The notes below the pieces were generated by a model that saw only the letters and a program-made list of their open reading frames with translations, was not told where the DNA came from and searched no databases. This document shows, in pieces, positions 1 to 13,471 of a stretch of DNA of 64,000 bases (position 1 is its first letter; each line of letters starts with the position of its first letter). Both the position numbers and the translations under genes were made by a program. The stretch is from the human T2T-CHM13v2.0 reference genome, Homo sapiens, in assembly GCF_009914755.1 (NCBI RefSeq), contig NC_060937.1; one strand, given 5' to 3'.

Positions 1-279
1 TAGCAAACTAACACAGGAGGAGAAAACCAAATAATGTCTGTCCTCACTTATAAATGGGAGCTAAATGATGAGAACACATGGACACTTAGAGGAAAACAAC
101 ACACACTGGAGATTATTGGAGGGTGGAGGGTGGGAGGATGGAGAGGATCAGGAAAATTGACCAGGGGATACTAGCATAATATGTCAATAATGAGATAAAC
201 TGTACAACATATCCCCATGACACAAGTTTACCTATGTAACAAACCAGCACATGTACCCCTGAACTTAAAAGTTAAAATA
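1..279 (+). mobile_element. L1PA (older, L1PA13-16-like) 3' UTR end
   Basis: Typical L1 3' end: ctcacttataaatgggagctaaatgatgagaacacatggacac, G-rich tract gggtggagggtgggagg, tttacctatgtaacaaac...cacatgtacccctgaacttaaaa. Confidence 0.92.
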
Positions 280-562
280 GGCCGGGTGTGTTGGCTTATG
301 CCTATAATCCCAGCACTTCGCAAGGCCAAGGTGGGCAGATCGCTTGAGGCCAAGAGTTTGAGACCAGCCTGGCCAGTATGGTGAAACCCCGTCTCTACTA
401 AAAATGCAAAAATTAGCCGGGTCTGGTGGCGCCTGCCTGTAATTCCAGCTACTTGGGAGGCTGAGGTGGGAGAATCGCTTGAACCCGGGAGGTGGAAGCT
501 GCAGTGAGCCAAGTTTGTGGCTCATGAAGGAGAGAGGCCCTGTCTCAAAAAATAAATAAATA
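280..562 (+). mobile_element. Alu (AluS/J-type) inserted in the L1 A-tail
   Basis: ggccgggtgtg start, ctactaaaaatgcaaaaattagc linker, (AAAT)n tail; TSD-like aaaagttaaaa at 267-277 and 585-595. Confidence 0.93.
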
Positions 563-854
563 AACTAATTAATTAATTGATTTAAAAAGTTAAAAGAAAT
601 ATAAGGTAATTGAAAGGAATGACGTGATATGTTCATCAAGAAAAAGTAGTTAGTGGGTACCCCTGATCCTATAGCAGCTTCAAAAAATTTTTCCAAGAAA
701 CATCTTGGCTTTAGGTACCTGTAAAAATAATGACATATAATTAGGATTACACTGGTACCATGATAAATCTTACTATGTCTTCCTTTAAGGCTGGAGAAAT
801 GGCACAAATATGGATATACTATTCCGTATTTTCCTTAATGTTTTTTAGTTTTAG

Positions 855-855
<1 letters not shown>

Positions 856-886
<31 letters not shown>
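856..886. repeat. (CA)n microsatellite
   Basis: About 15 perfect CA units. Confidence 0.97.
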
Positions 887-889
<3 letters not shown>

Positions 890-3800
890 TGCATGCTTTA
901 TATTTTAAATTTTCACTTAGTGCTTTGTAAGGCATACATATAAAAAATAATACATTTTGGTTAAACAACATTTTAAGAAGTAAGTCCTTATTTTTCACTA
1001 CATTATGAGACAAAAATTCCTAGAAATATACCAGGATATCTAATCTCATTATTATTCTTAATAAACTTTATAACCTTGACCAAATTGCATTAACTTCTCT
1101 TGGCCTCATTTTCAGTTTTAATTTTGGGCTTAACATTTTTAATTCCAATAATTTTGCACTCTAATCTTCAAAATTTTTTTTTATAAATCTTTTCCATTCG
1201 CAGGTTGTTCAATGCACTTTTTGTGTAAGTTCGATTAGCCAATATTCTGGATTAGTGAGATACATTTTACAAGCAAATCTCAAATGACCACATAATCTAA
1301 GAATTGTAAGATATTTTAAAATGGACATTTTTGTTAACATTTCTCTGTTTTGCTCTTAAGATATTAAATATGCCTACTACTCTTATTTTATCCAGGTATG
1401 AACTGTGTCCTACTAGACCTTGTATTTATATGGACTTTGAAAATGACTTACATAACTGAGCTGGTAGTTAGATATACTTCCAGATAAAGACATACTCCAT
1501 TTTAGCTCATTTCTTAAAAAAAAAACAAAAAAAACAAATTTGTCTTGATTTTATTTTTATTTTAAAATCAGCAGGCAAACTAAAATGTTGGTTCAAGCCA
1601 GTACTCAGCAAGTCTATATAGATTTTAATTAATTTAACTAATTAATTGATTATTTTTAAGTGGTAAGAAGACAATGGAGGTAAGAAAATAGAATCAAACT
1701 GCTTGCCACTTTATTTTGAAAACAACTTATTTTCCTTGTAGTTTGGTTCTTAGTATTTACTAGAGAATGTCTTTTCTCATTTGCCTTTATAATGTCTTTT
1801 TGTTGGCTTGTCGGCATCTCATTACATTATTTAGTTTTATATTGCATTTGTAGTATAACAAATTACTCCCTAATGTAAAATGACCAACACTTAGAAACAA
1901 ACATAAAATTGAAAGTAACAAAATTGTTATTAGAGGGAAATCATCCATAATAAGGAAAATAGTAGACTAAATTGTTTTCAGTTTATTTATGAATATATGC
2001 TCATTATAAAAATTATTTAACTTAAAAAAACTTAATTTTACATCTGTCAAGTTCTATGACATCTGTGTTTATCTACTTTTCTGGATTACAGCCGATCTCT
2101 TAAAGGAAAAACTAGTTATCTCCAGGGATTTCAACTACTTTATTTTAATTAGGTCTTTTTTAAATGGACTTTTCCTTGGAATTAGCAAATATGAATGGTT
2201 TTAAAATGTAAGATACAAATTCTGTCATCTCTCAAATACTCACAGGAATAGAGGAAAGAAGATGTATAGATATTCCAGTAGAAAAGAAGATTCAAAAATA
2301 ATTACATTTGACTTTGGGATAGACTGTGTTGTATTGTTCCCAGGCAGAAAGTCCTTCTTAATTTTTTTTCAGCTACGTGTAAAATTGGTTTGCATTTATT
2401 AAATATATACTAAGGGGGGTAAGAACTTATTCTATGTATGGTAAAATATATAAGTAGTGTATATTATGGCTAGAATTCCACATATACATTCCTCCAGACA
2501 GGTAACCATTAATGAAAGGAATAATAAAAAAAGTAGCCATATTTAATCAAGAAGTCATTGTTTTTAGGTCTTAAAATGTTATTTCCTTTATAGGGCTATA
2601 AAAAATAAAATGCTGAATTCTTTCAAGAACACTTTTATTCATTAAGCTAAATGATTTTGGTTTCTCATAAAATAATTGTAAACTACTTTAAAAAATTATG
2701 GATCTTAGCGCTTAATGAATGTCTTCATTATTTGTTGTCTGTCACATTCTATGGCAAAACTTACTAAAAACTGTGATACAGTGAAAAAGCAAATCTGAAC
2801 AAAAGCAATCTTGTTTTATTATGTTCAAAAGAACACTTTTAATACAACTTTTTAAGGAATCAGTTACAACAAATGCAATTTTCTTCAGGGCTATTGTTCA
2901 GAATGATGAACCACATATATACACATCTGGCCACCTGAAAAAAGAATCCAGGAAAATTTGAAGATACTCCCACAGAAACAACATTTGATGAATAGAGCCT
3001 TTTATCATCTTCTCTATACCCCTACCAAAATGAAAGGGCAAAACATCTCTGAAAATTTGTAGAGCAGTCACATATTCATTGCAAACCACCACCAGAGATG
3101 CTTAACAGGACACTATATCCTACCAACTTGTGATTGCAAACAAGTCAAAGGCTTATATTATGAACAATATCACCAGAAAACAGTAAACTTCATGATATAA
3201 ATGTCAGCTTGACATTATGTATTAGTGTGCCACCCCCAAATATTATTCTTTAGATGTTGTGGCAGAGAATGTTCACTTCAGCCAAATATATAGGGACTTG
3301 TGACCTTTTGAATTTAACATACCACAGGGGACACTACCCAGTAACTATGAAAAAAATTAACAAATTCTAGATTAGAAGCTCCAATACTAAAAAGGCATTA
3401 AATAAATGAAATTGCCCAGGGTTTTGGTGAGTTACAAGCTTTGGAGGCTCTGTATGAAAACTGTAACATAACTCATTATGGCTTCGGGCACTAATAAGTT
3501 ATGAGGCACTCACATGTATGAGATAAACCCCATAACTTACTGAAGTCTATATCATCCCTTCATTATATCTAGGGACATGTGAAATAGCTGAAATTCAGCT
3601 CGAAACCCCAAAGTTCAGTAATAAAAGTGAATAGATCAGCACATCTATTGATTTTGCTGTCTTTTTTGTGCTTTTAGTTATCCTACTCCCTTTCACATCT
3701 GAAATATTCCAGCATTTTTCTTCTGAGCTCTTTCCATGTTGGCATTTTAGGTATGCTGGCAAACATCAAAATAAACTAGGTTTCTTCTTTGCTCTCCTCT

Positions 3801-4736
3801 CAAGAGTAATTATATTAGTCAGTCAAAAGTCTTAGGCACTTTATTCTTCTAATAAATAAATTGTATTACATTATTTCAAAGGCAGAGCTGTAGAGACAAA
3901 TTCAAAATCCATACTCACATCATAATGTATGATGAAAAACAAAGAGAAATATGAGAAAACAATGTGGTGTATTTTAATATTGGTATAAAAGGCTGTGTTT
4001 ATTTGATTAATGGGGAACTTAAGAAATGGAATAATAGAAATCAATCGTTTAAGAATTCATCCTACATTGCTCATTTCTGAAGTAGGTACGTCTTCATGTA
4101 TCTAGGCCTTAAAAATCATCAAAATGTTCACAGAAAGACTTTAATTTTTTTATTTTTAAAGCTTAATGTGAATTTGCAAGAACTGGGAAAAGTAACATAG
4201 GTAATATTACTGTTACATTAATCTAACAAAAATAACATAGTCTAAGAAAGATAAAGATAGCATAGGTGATACTCAAATTTTTAAATAATAAAAAGATCCC
4301 AAGAATGTGATTCAAGAAGAGATAATGCAAATTATAGGAGCTTATAGATTTCATCATTTAGTGTTATCTCCAAAGAAAAGCTGAATGGAAATATTTGCCA
4401 TTCTCAACAAATTTTTGCACAGTACTTGGCAATGTCAGGAGTTATGCAGCAAACAGATATTTAGTGGAATATCAAGATCAAGAGGAGTCTAGGCACAGAT
4501 GTTTTCACTAGCTAACCGGGATGAAAGAGTGGTTTAAGCAGTGGCTGCTTGGAGTCAGAAACATAGGAGGGCTTAAAGACTGTGAACCCAAGGCATTAAC
4601 CAGGGAGTCCAACAAATTGTGGTTAAAAATAAGCCAACGATTTTGGGACCAAAACAGTGAAGCAGATTTCGATTGACACCTGTGTGAAATACACATTTAT
4701 GGAAGCACAGTCATGAGGAAAGGCTAAAGTTGAAGA

Positions 4737-4970
4737 TCTCTATCTATCTTCTGTCTCTGTCTCTATCTCTATCTCTCTCTATATATATTTGTGTATATAT
4801 TTAGATATATAAATACTATGTGTATATATATAAATATACTATGTGTATATATTTATATATTATACAGTATATGTATGTATGTGTATACAAATATATAATC
4901 CATATACATATATGTACATATTATATGTTTAAATTGTGTGTACATATATATACATATATATTATATACAG
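4737..4970. repeat. (TC)n/(TA)n low-complexity tract
   Basis: TC-rich then TA/TG-rich dinucleotide array; explains the ORF at 4820-5083. Confidence 0.85.
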
Positions 4971-5089
4971 TGATTTATTGCATATTTAACATATATTCTG
5001 GGATTTTACATTTTCAGGATAAGACCCCAAATCTGACTAAGCTTATGCTCTTAGCCCCTGCTGTACTCACTCCAAAATTTTGATCTACA

Positions 5090-5235
5090 AACTGTTAAGT
5101 GCTTAAATGCTTTACATATGTCATCTTGTTTACCCCTCACAATAATATCCTGAGATATATAATATTTCCACCACTTTACATATGAAAATAACTTGCTAGA
5201 GGTCACATATTTTAAATGACCGAGTTTGGAGCTTA
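5090..5235 (-). mobile_element. MIR
   Basis: gctttacatatg...cctcacaata...tttacatatgaaaataacttgctagaggtcaca matches the MIR core reverse complement. Confidence 0.75.
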
Positions 5236-7391
5236 CATCTTCACATGCATTTTTTTTCTGTTTTTATTTGTAACATTTTAAAATTTATTTTACAGTGGCA
5301 TTTCTTCTTACTTAAAATTTCCACTTGGGGAGATTTAAAAGCCGTGTTATTTGGCAACTGGCAAAATTATCTGTCAATATATGAATCACATTCTCAAGGG
5401 ATAATTTAAAAAATAATAATATATTGATTGGGAAAAAAATAAAATTAAACTAATGATAAAACAGAAGCAGAGAAGTTAGTATGTTGCTTCTTGTTTATTG
5501 TATTATCCATTGAATTTTGGAAAACTTAAGTTGTGAGTATCAAACCTGAATCTTAGAAGAAAATAATTAGAAAAGGTTAGGGAGATGATATAAAAGAGAA
5601 GACTCATATATAGCAATTTACCCATTGTTCTGTACTATTTAAGAAAAAGTAATTTTGTTAAAGTACTGGTCGTGGTCCTTCTTTATACTAATCAACTGGA
5701 GGGGACAAATCTTTCCAGTGTTCAGAACAATGTAGAAAAATAAAATATCTGAAAACATCACTCTTCATAAAACATTCCGTATGTCAGTTACACAGTGTAG
5801 TTCTGAGATTGTCTCACACTTGTTTTTCTGCCACAAAAATACATTATGTTTAATCTTTGTTTTCTTTTTTGTTTGAACTCAGATATTGTGATCACCCAGT
5901 TATTTTCTTTTCACTTAAATTAGAAGCATAGATGCAGGGGCTTCCATGACAGTTAAATGGATGAGTTACAATATCAGTTAGAAAAATATCTGGACATTAT
6001 GATAAATGATTTTATAATTCCTCAGTTAAAGGAAATAATTTACTCTCTGAACAATATCTTTATTACCTTAGGGCATTTAAATTTAGGTGGGAACTAAGGT
6101 AAATTTCCTTACTTTCCATGGAAAAGTAAGCCCACTGGTAGTTGTAAATTTCTATATAAATGTTAAACAATAAGAGTCGGCTAAATGGCTAGCAAGTGTT
6201 GGAACTTTATAATGCAATGAATTTGGCATATGAAAAAAAATTCTACACCCCTTGGAAGTGTGTTTTATGCTTGTTATAGCTGCATAAAATACAGATTGAA
6301 AATAAACTGAACATTTTAACTTTGGCAACAGGGGAGAACATATCCATTCCTATTTTTCAAGGAAAATAATACCATGCATTATTGACTCATGCATGGAATA
6401 AAATATATAATAGTTTGAAGCAGGGCTCTTACAAAGAAGCTATCCTTTGTTCCATACAGGGACTCAAGGAATAAACATAAAGGAAATATTCTTTATTTAT
6501 CCAGCTCATTCTTTTTCTCCTAACACTACTTTTATGTATCAGGAGATCCTTGCAATATATTTGCTATTGTTTTAAACAGTTCATCACCTTCAGAATGATG
6601 ATGACTACCACATCTTTAGGCATGCTGGTGCTCATAGGATATCTTGGGTCATATACTCACAGAGAGGCAAACAAATCTGAAAGCCTTCCACTTATAGGGA
6701 ACATTCCTCTGATCAGAGCATCGGATGGAATTCTATTTTGAAAATCTGGAATTCTTTAACTTCCTTATGTATCAGTTAAAACTTACAAGAATCAAAATCA
6801 GTAGTGCTCTTCCATACTGATATGCTGGAAATCATATAATCTCTAACAGCTAAAGAAGAGGGAGATTCATCCTTATAGTTCATTACAAATTATTAATCAG
6901 TCTTGTTTAAAAATAAAATAACGTCTGTAGAAATGCATTTTACTTCTGTATGAAACAAGTTAGAAAAATTTATAATTGGTAGCACTGTTTTTTTCAAAGA
7001 GCTGTACACAAATATTGAAAGAATTCATAATAATTTTGTCTTCTTCAAAGATATTGTTACTTCTGAATAACTCAAAAGAACTCCTATCCAAGACATACTT
7101 ATGTTCTTTAAATGGGTAACGGTTCTGCTGAGAACATAAAACTCTTGAGTCTCTGGAGGGCCACTTTCCTCAAAGACCTTATCCATCTACCCAAATTTTC
7201 TATACAAATATTATCTTTCTTGTGAGCTATGACATAAAAAGAGCGGGGAAAAACTGAAAGCTATCACAATCACAACAGCATATGGAAAACGTAAGAGCAT
7301 TTTTATGTGCACTCTTTTATGTATACAGGTTATTGTACATATTTATATCTGGACAATGGTTCATATTTTCAGTATATTAACTTTGCCAAGC

Positions 7392-7445
7392 TACAATAAG
7401 TTGAATGGCATGATCCTTTACAATAAGTTGAATTGCATGATCCTT
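7392..7445. repeat. 27-bp tandem duplication (2 copies, 1 mismatch)
   Basis: tacaataagttgaatggcatgatcctt followed by tacaataagttgaattgcatgatcctt. Confidence 0.95.
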
Positions 7446-7659
7446 TCTTGATAGTAAAGTGTTCAATTTCTCCTTTGACTTTAAAGTTTTATTTTTTACA
7501 GAGTGTATTATATATAAAATCTTTTTATTCCATTTTCTCATTTTTATATTATGAATTTAGGTGAATAATTATGTTACCTAGATTTATCAATTGATGAACT
7601 ATTTAGCTGAATTTCACATTATTTTCACAGAATATGATATGTAATCATTTGAAAAAACA

Positions 7660-7964
7660 TTTTTTTTTCTTCTTTTCTTTTTTTGAGACAGAGTCACACT
7701 CTGTTACCCAGGCTGGAGTCTAGTGGTGGTGATCTTGGGTCACTGTAACCTCCGCCTCCTGATTTCAAGCAATTCTTGTCCCTCAGCCTCCCCAGTAGCT
7801 GGGATTACAGGCACCTGCTACCAAGCCCAGCTAATTTTGTATTTTTAGTAGGGACGAGGTTTCACCACGTTGTCCAGGCTGGTCTTGAAATCCTAACCTC
7901 AAGTGATCTGCCTGCCTTGGCCTCCCAAAGTGCTGGGATTTCAGGCATGAGCCACTGTGGCCAG
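7660..7964 (-). mobile_element. AluS
   Basis: Poly-T, gagacagagtc...ccaggctggag...cctcccaaagtgctgggatt...gagccactgtggcc. Confidence 0.95.
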
Positions 7965-8624
7965 CTAATAAATTTTTTTAAAAAGAAAGTTGCCTTAAAC
8001 TTTTACTTATATAGAAGATTTTTAGAAACTATGAATTTATATTTACATTATTTCCATTATCCAATATTATAGAAATGTCACTACTACATACTATACTGTA
8101 CCTAATTCTTATTATGATGATTTTATAAATTTTGACATATTTTAAATTCTGCATATTTTTACTTGAGGGACACTGGTTATTATAAACGAGTTGGTATAAT
8201 TATCATCTTGCTATTTTTATGGAGAAGTGAATGCTACTTAAAAATTTTTGTTTATGTTGACTCGTATTTTAGGTAGGGACTTTTGGTAAACCCTTTTCTC
8301 TTGTTTGTTTTAATTTTCTCAACTCAGAGAAAAGGATGCCATTTGTTCATGTCTATAAAATTAAAGTCTCAAGACCATTTGATGTAGACTACACATTGTG
8401 TGGGAGTCAGGGTTATCTAGTCGGATGACTGGATAATTGATCTTAGCTATATGGCCTCAATTTTTTCCGGCATAAAATTAGCTGTTTGGAGATTTCCTTC
8501 AGTTTTCAAGATTTGAAATTCTACTTAAATATGAAAAACAAGACCTGAAATATGTGTTTGGTACTTCTGCATCTATGAAACGTCTACAAATTATTCATCA
8601 TCTGTCCAAGTAGCCGTTTGCTAT

Positions 8625-8990
8625 TTAATCAACAAATATTATTGAGCATCTGCTTTATACTTGACTATGTACAATATAGTAGAATTAAAAAAAAATAGTA
8701 ATCAATTTTTGCCTTTAGGAGATTCAGTTCAATTAATGATAAATTAGTTAATTATTTATGAATATTTTAATTATCTATTATATAATCACTGTTACGTGTT
8801 AGGCACTGGGAAAAACATTAAAAATTAAAGAATAAGACAATTCCTTGAACTGAAACAGATAAAGACTGTATTCTAATAGGATAAATACTATGAATTTACG
8901 ATGTACTGTGGGGGCACAATAGGGAGTATAACTAACTCTGAAAATGTCCTGGAAGCTTTGGAAAAAAGTGACATTTGAGATAAGCATTAC
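8625..8990 (-). mobile_element. L2 3' fragment (decayed)
   Basis: caacaaatattattgagcatctgct, tgcctttaggagattcagttc, ggaagctttggaaaaaagtgacatttgag resemble the L2 3' end reverse complement. Confidence 0.55.
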
Positions 8991-11900
8991 ATGTACCCTA
9001 GTTGGAATTTTCAGTGTTAGTGTACTCGCAGGGCCATGAGAGCTATTAAAGGCTCTTCATCTGTGGGCTGTTGTAATCACATGTGCCTTCCAAGAACAGA
9101 AGTCCTAGAGCACTCTTTCCCTTCCTTACACTTCAAGGGATTTTGGGAATCAATTTTGATTATTCTTTTTAAAGCTATGATTTCCCTGGGTATTCTTCTT
9201 TGATTCCCATAGCAAGTAGTGTCCTCTGAGAGTAAATAAAAGCAAAATAAAAAATGAGGCATTGTCTTATGTGGGTAATTTAAATTTCAACACATCGAAT
9301 TTCAACCATATCAAGAGATATGGAAGTCCATAGATCTCTGCTCCAAAAAGTTTCTCTGTGGTATGTATCATTTCTTCACATCAGGAGCTTTGTCCAAGTG
9401 AATGGAACTTAAAACATTGTGGTTAGATGAGATTCATTCAAGATAATTTTCTAGCTAATTGAACTTGTGTGAATTTACATTTGGGGCCTACTTTGAGTTT
9501 TTTCATTGATGCTATATTTCACATCTTGATTTACTCAGCTTTCCTCTCCTGTCTGTTAATCATTTACTAGAAAGAATGTGACAGTTGGTTTCTTTCAGGT
9601 CATACTTGCACTGCATATTTGGGCTCTTTTCTTAATTTACAAGGCATCTGTCTTTATCTTATTTCCTGGGTGATTATTCTAGTATGTTCAAGTTGCTGTT
9701 CTGCTCTGTCTTCAAACATCTGTGTTTCTTTATTTTAATTAATGTGATTTTTTTTCCTGGTCGTGGACTTACAATTTTTGTATTGTCTTTTATTTCTGAT
9801 GTCAAGAGTTTCTATATATAAATAGTAATATAAGGAAAACATTAAAACATGTCCCCCTTTTTATGTGTCTATTCTGTAAGAGTTCAAAGCTTGCTTGCTC
9901 TTACTTTAACAGACTACAAATTTGTTTATACAACACTTATTAAGAAGTTACCATGCTAAAGGCTACTAAGGACTATAAAAAAGGAAACCATGTAAAGTCA
10001 TTGCATTTGTTTTTTAAGGGCTAGCATAACCAGAAAACAAAACTTTATTTGAATATAAAACGAGAGCATGTATAATTCTAAGCATATCAAGAGCTACTGA
10101 ACCTTATATAACAATATAAGATAATGTTTGGAGATATACATTGTTATAAAAGACATAAATATTTTGGTTTTAATTGACATTGAGTAATAACGGTTGAAAT
10201 AATTTTGTAAAGTTAGGATAGTAAGGTATTTTTTAAACAATGGTTATCTCTTATCTACTCTTCTGAAATGTATTTTAAAAATCTAATATTAAGTGAAGTT
10301 TAGAGATAGCTTCATAGATTTTTGATCCAATTGATTATATACTGATGTGTTCAATTCCTTTTTCAGTCATGAGAACTTTCCACTAAGACTAACATTATTG
10401 GAAGCACAATAAAAATGAAAATACATATTGTAATAAAGTTCTCAGCAATAATGTAATCTAGAAAACATACACCAATTGCATGATTAAGTACAAAAATGGC
10501 CAGATCAATAACTTCATTTCTGTTTTTATTTCTCTGGGATGCCTAGAAGTTGGAAGATGATTCTCATTGTGGATATTTGCTAATAAGTCTTTGTGGAGAA
10601 CCCATAGGTTAAATTCTTTGTGATGAAGGTTTTTATTCTTCTAATACAGACTAAGGCAGCACTGTCTAAATTATTATTGTAACGCATGCAGGTGTAAGCA
10701 CTCAAGTTTGATTTCCTGAAGTAGAGCTTTTGTGTATGTGTGGGACTTAAAAAAATCTGTTGGCATGCAGTCTCCCAAGTCTCCATGTTTATCTGTTTGT
10801 GATGTCATATGCAAAAGCAACAAATCAGTGGATGCATCTACTAAAGCAGATTTTAAAAAAAATCACCCAAGCTTCTCCTGAACTATAATTCTTGCCTAGT
10901 AAAACATACATATATGAAAAATGTATAAAAATCAAATCAAAAATTAAGACAGTAATAAACACTTTAGACAGATTTCACATACCTAAGTCAAATGGTAGTT
11001 CTAACACAGGCATTTATATGGGCCAATTATATAAAGCCATTTTGAAAGGCTGCTTTTCACCATGTTTCTTCAATTCTTCAGAGTCTGCGGTGATGACCAA
11101 CATCAGATACTATTAAGGAGTCTTCAAGCGTGTAAAATAATATGATTTCACAATGATTACATATTCACTCTACAGCTGGCTGAGTTTTTACATCTCCATT
11201 TGTCATTGACGATTGTGTCCAATTAAATGATTAGCTTTTAAAAACTGCTGCACATTATGAGTGTGAACTTGTGTTCCATTGCACTGAGTGATGCAGAAAC
11301 AAACTCATTACAGCATGTAATTCACCCATATTAAATAACAAACAGATGGCTGCTGTAAATGAGAGCTCCTTTTTCTCTTCAAAAGTGCCAGGAAAAAGGT
11401 GTTTTTATTTATCTTTGTTTCCAGCTTCTTTCTGTTTTCTTGACAAGTGGGCAGCTGGTTGCTGAGGTTTTCAATTGGTGCAGAAGAATGAAAAGCCTGT
11501 TTCCATTAATTTCCCCATAAAATAAGTCTTTGAATCATTTCTGTTATAAATGCAAGTGCAGTAGCAAGCTGCTGCTTGATTAATTCACTTATTATGAAGA
11601 TTTCATCTTTTATAAGAGGGCCTGCAGGTAATTTATCTTGTTTAGTAAGATTAGAAAAATGTAATTATCTTGATACCTTTGGACCCCTCTCATTTTAATT
11701 GTGTTCCCATAAATTTCAAACATAAAGATGGGAATTTTTTGTGCACAAATGTTCCAACATGTGGTCGAAAAATGTGCTTTAAGCCCTGCACAAAAATTTA
11801 TCAAGTAAAATACATTAGGACTGTACTAATGCAGGAATGCATACAAATAAAGCTAGCACAGAATTATAGTCGTGTGTACAAACAAATATTTGAATTTCTG

Positions 11901-13090
11901 GTTCCCTAGTCACCTAACAGCTGGGGTGAGGTAAAGGGATTTGGGATTTGTTAGACTTTTTTTATATGTCCCTGGGGAAATGAAATCTGTCTTATGTATA
12001 CTAATAAAATTAAAATTGTGTTTGTCTTCAAATCTTCCAAACTCAAGTCAATTTCTACTGGGTATATATTTCATGGACTCTCTTCCCATCATTTCCATTA
12101 TGTCTCTTAGCATCTGTGGATAATTGGATACATCTCTAATTTTACAATGATAATATAATTTATTTAAAAAAACACTAAGTGTATGAAGAATCTTCTATTT
12201 AACTTCAGATATTCTGTCTTGCAGGGATCATGCTGTCAGGCTTGGAAGAAATACCTCCTTTTCTCCAGTCTTTCCTTCAGTTCTGCTGGAATTGGCATTT
12301 TAATATCTTTAATTTCATTTGATTTATAGTATTTAATTTGCCTTTGCTAGATTTGTAAAATATGTTATGATTTTCTACTTAATTACTTCTTATTAATCAA
12401 AGTATATATTTCTTTCAGCCTATGCTCATTGTCCAGGAAGAAGGAAATCACTAATACTGTATTCTACAACTATATTATTTCAGAGTTTTCAATCCTTTTC
12501 TATGGCTACATATAAGAAAGCATTTCATTCTTTGTGGTCCCTTGAATGGCATTGAACTGGTCAAGTGATTGTTTTTGATAAGTTCTATAGATCTGTGCTT
12601 AGGCACTTAACAGGATGCAATCAGGGTACACTGAGATTTGCTATGTAAGAGCCTCTGTAATTAAAATGATGTATAGTTACATCTCTAAATATAATGGTTT
12701 CTACTGATAAAACACTTTTCTATATATTTCAATAAAATTGCAGAGCTTATAAAATTGAATTAATATAATGTGATAGAAACACAGATGTTATTGAAATAAA
12801 ATGATTGTATGTTTGTATATTCTTCTTTATCTTTGTGATTTACTCATTTTATTGGATAGTTACAGTTGCTGCCTTTAAACATGTCTGCCCTTAGGGCTCT
12901 GTGTACAAAAACACGAATTGAGGATATTTTTATAGTATTATTGGATCAATTTTATAAATATATGCTAAATCTGGTTTATGTGTAAGACTCAGTGTCAGGA
13001 ATAAGAAAGTTCCTCAATTTATTAAGCTGTGCTGCAACCCCACCTTATTCTCTGGGGGTCTCTGTTACCTTAGCTGTAAGTGCTGCATGC

Positions 13091-13471
13091 TGTATACTGA
13101 ATCACGTTCCCTAAAATTCATAGATTAAAGCCCTAACAACCAATGTGATAGTATTTGGAAGTGGGATGTTTGGGAGGTAACTAGGTTGAGATGAGGTTAG
13201 GAAGTTCCGGTCCCCTTAATGGGATGAGTGTTCTTACAAGAGAGGAAGAAAGGCTAAGAGACTGGAGCACTCTTTCTCCCGTTACCATGTCAGGACATGG
13301 TGAGAGAGCAGTCATCTCCAAACTAGGAAGAGGCTCCTCATTAGGCACTGAACTAGCCAGCACCTTGATCTGGAACGTCCGGCCTTAAGGGCACTAAGAA
13401 AATCAAATTCTGTGGTTTAAGCCACCTAGTGTATGATATTTTGCTACGGCAGTCTGAGCTTGGGCAAGACA
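13091..13471 (+). mobile_element. MLT1A-type MaLR solo LTR, apparently interrupting a MIR
   Basis: ctaaaattcata...aatgtgatagtatttggaagtggg...tttgggaggtaactaggttgagatgagg...aagccacctagt...aagaca; MIR-like flanks (ttgtgaggattaaat at ~13503). Confidence 0.85.

Noticed and set aside
228-525. Alu-overlapping ORFs here and at 7776, 23595, 23933, 25920-26218, 45888, 48418-48767, 55602-56155, 57326-57907
   Set aside because: They are the standard Alu translations (e.g. [18 protein letters not shown]), not genes.
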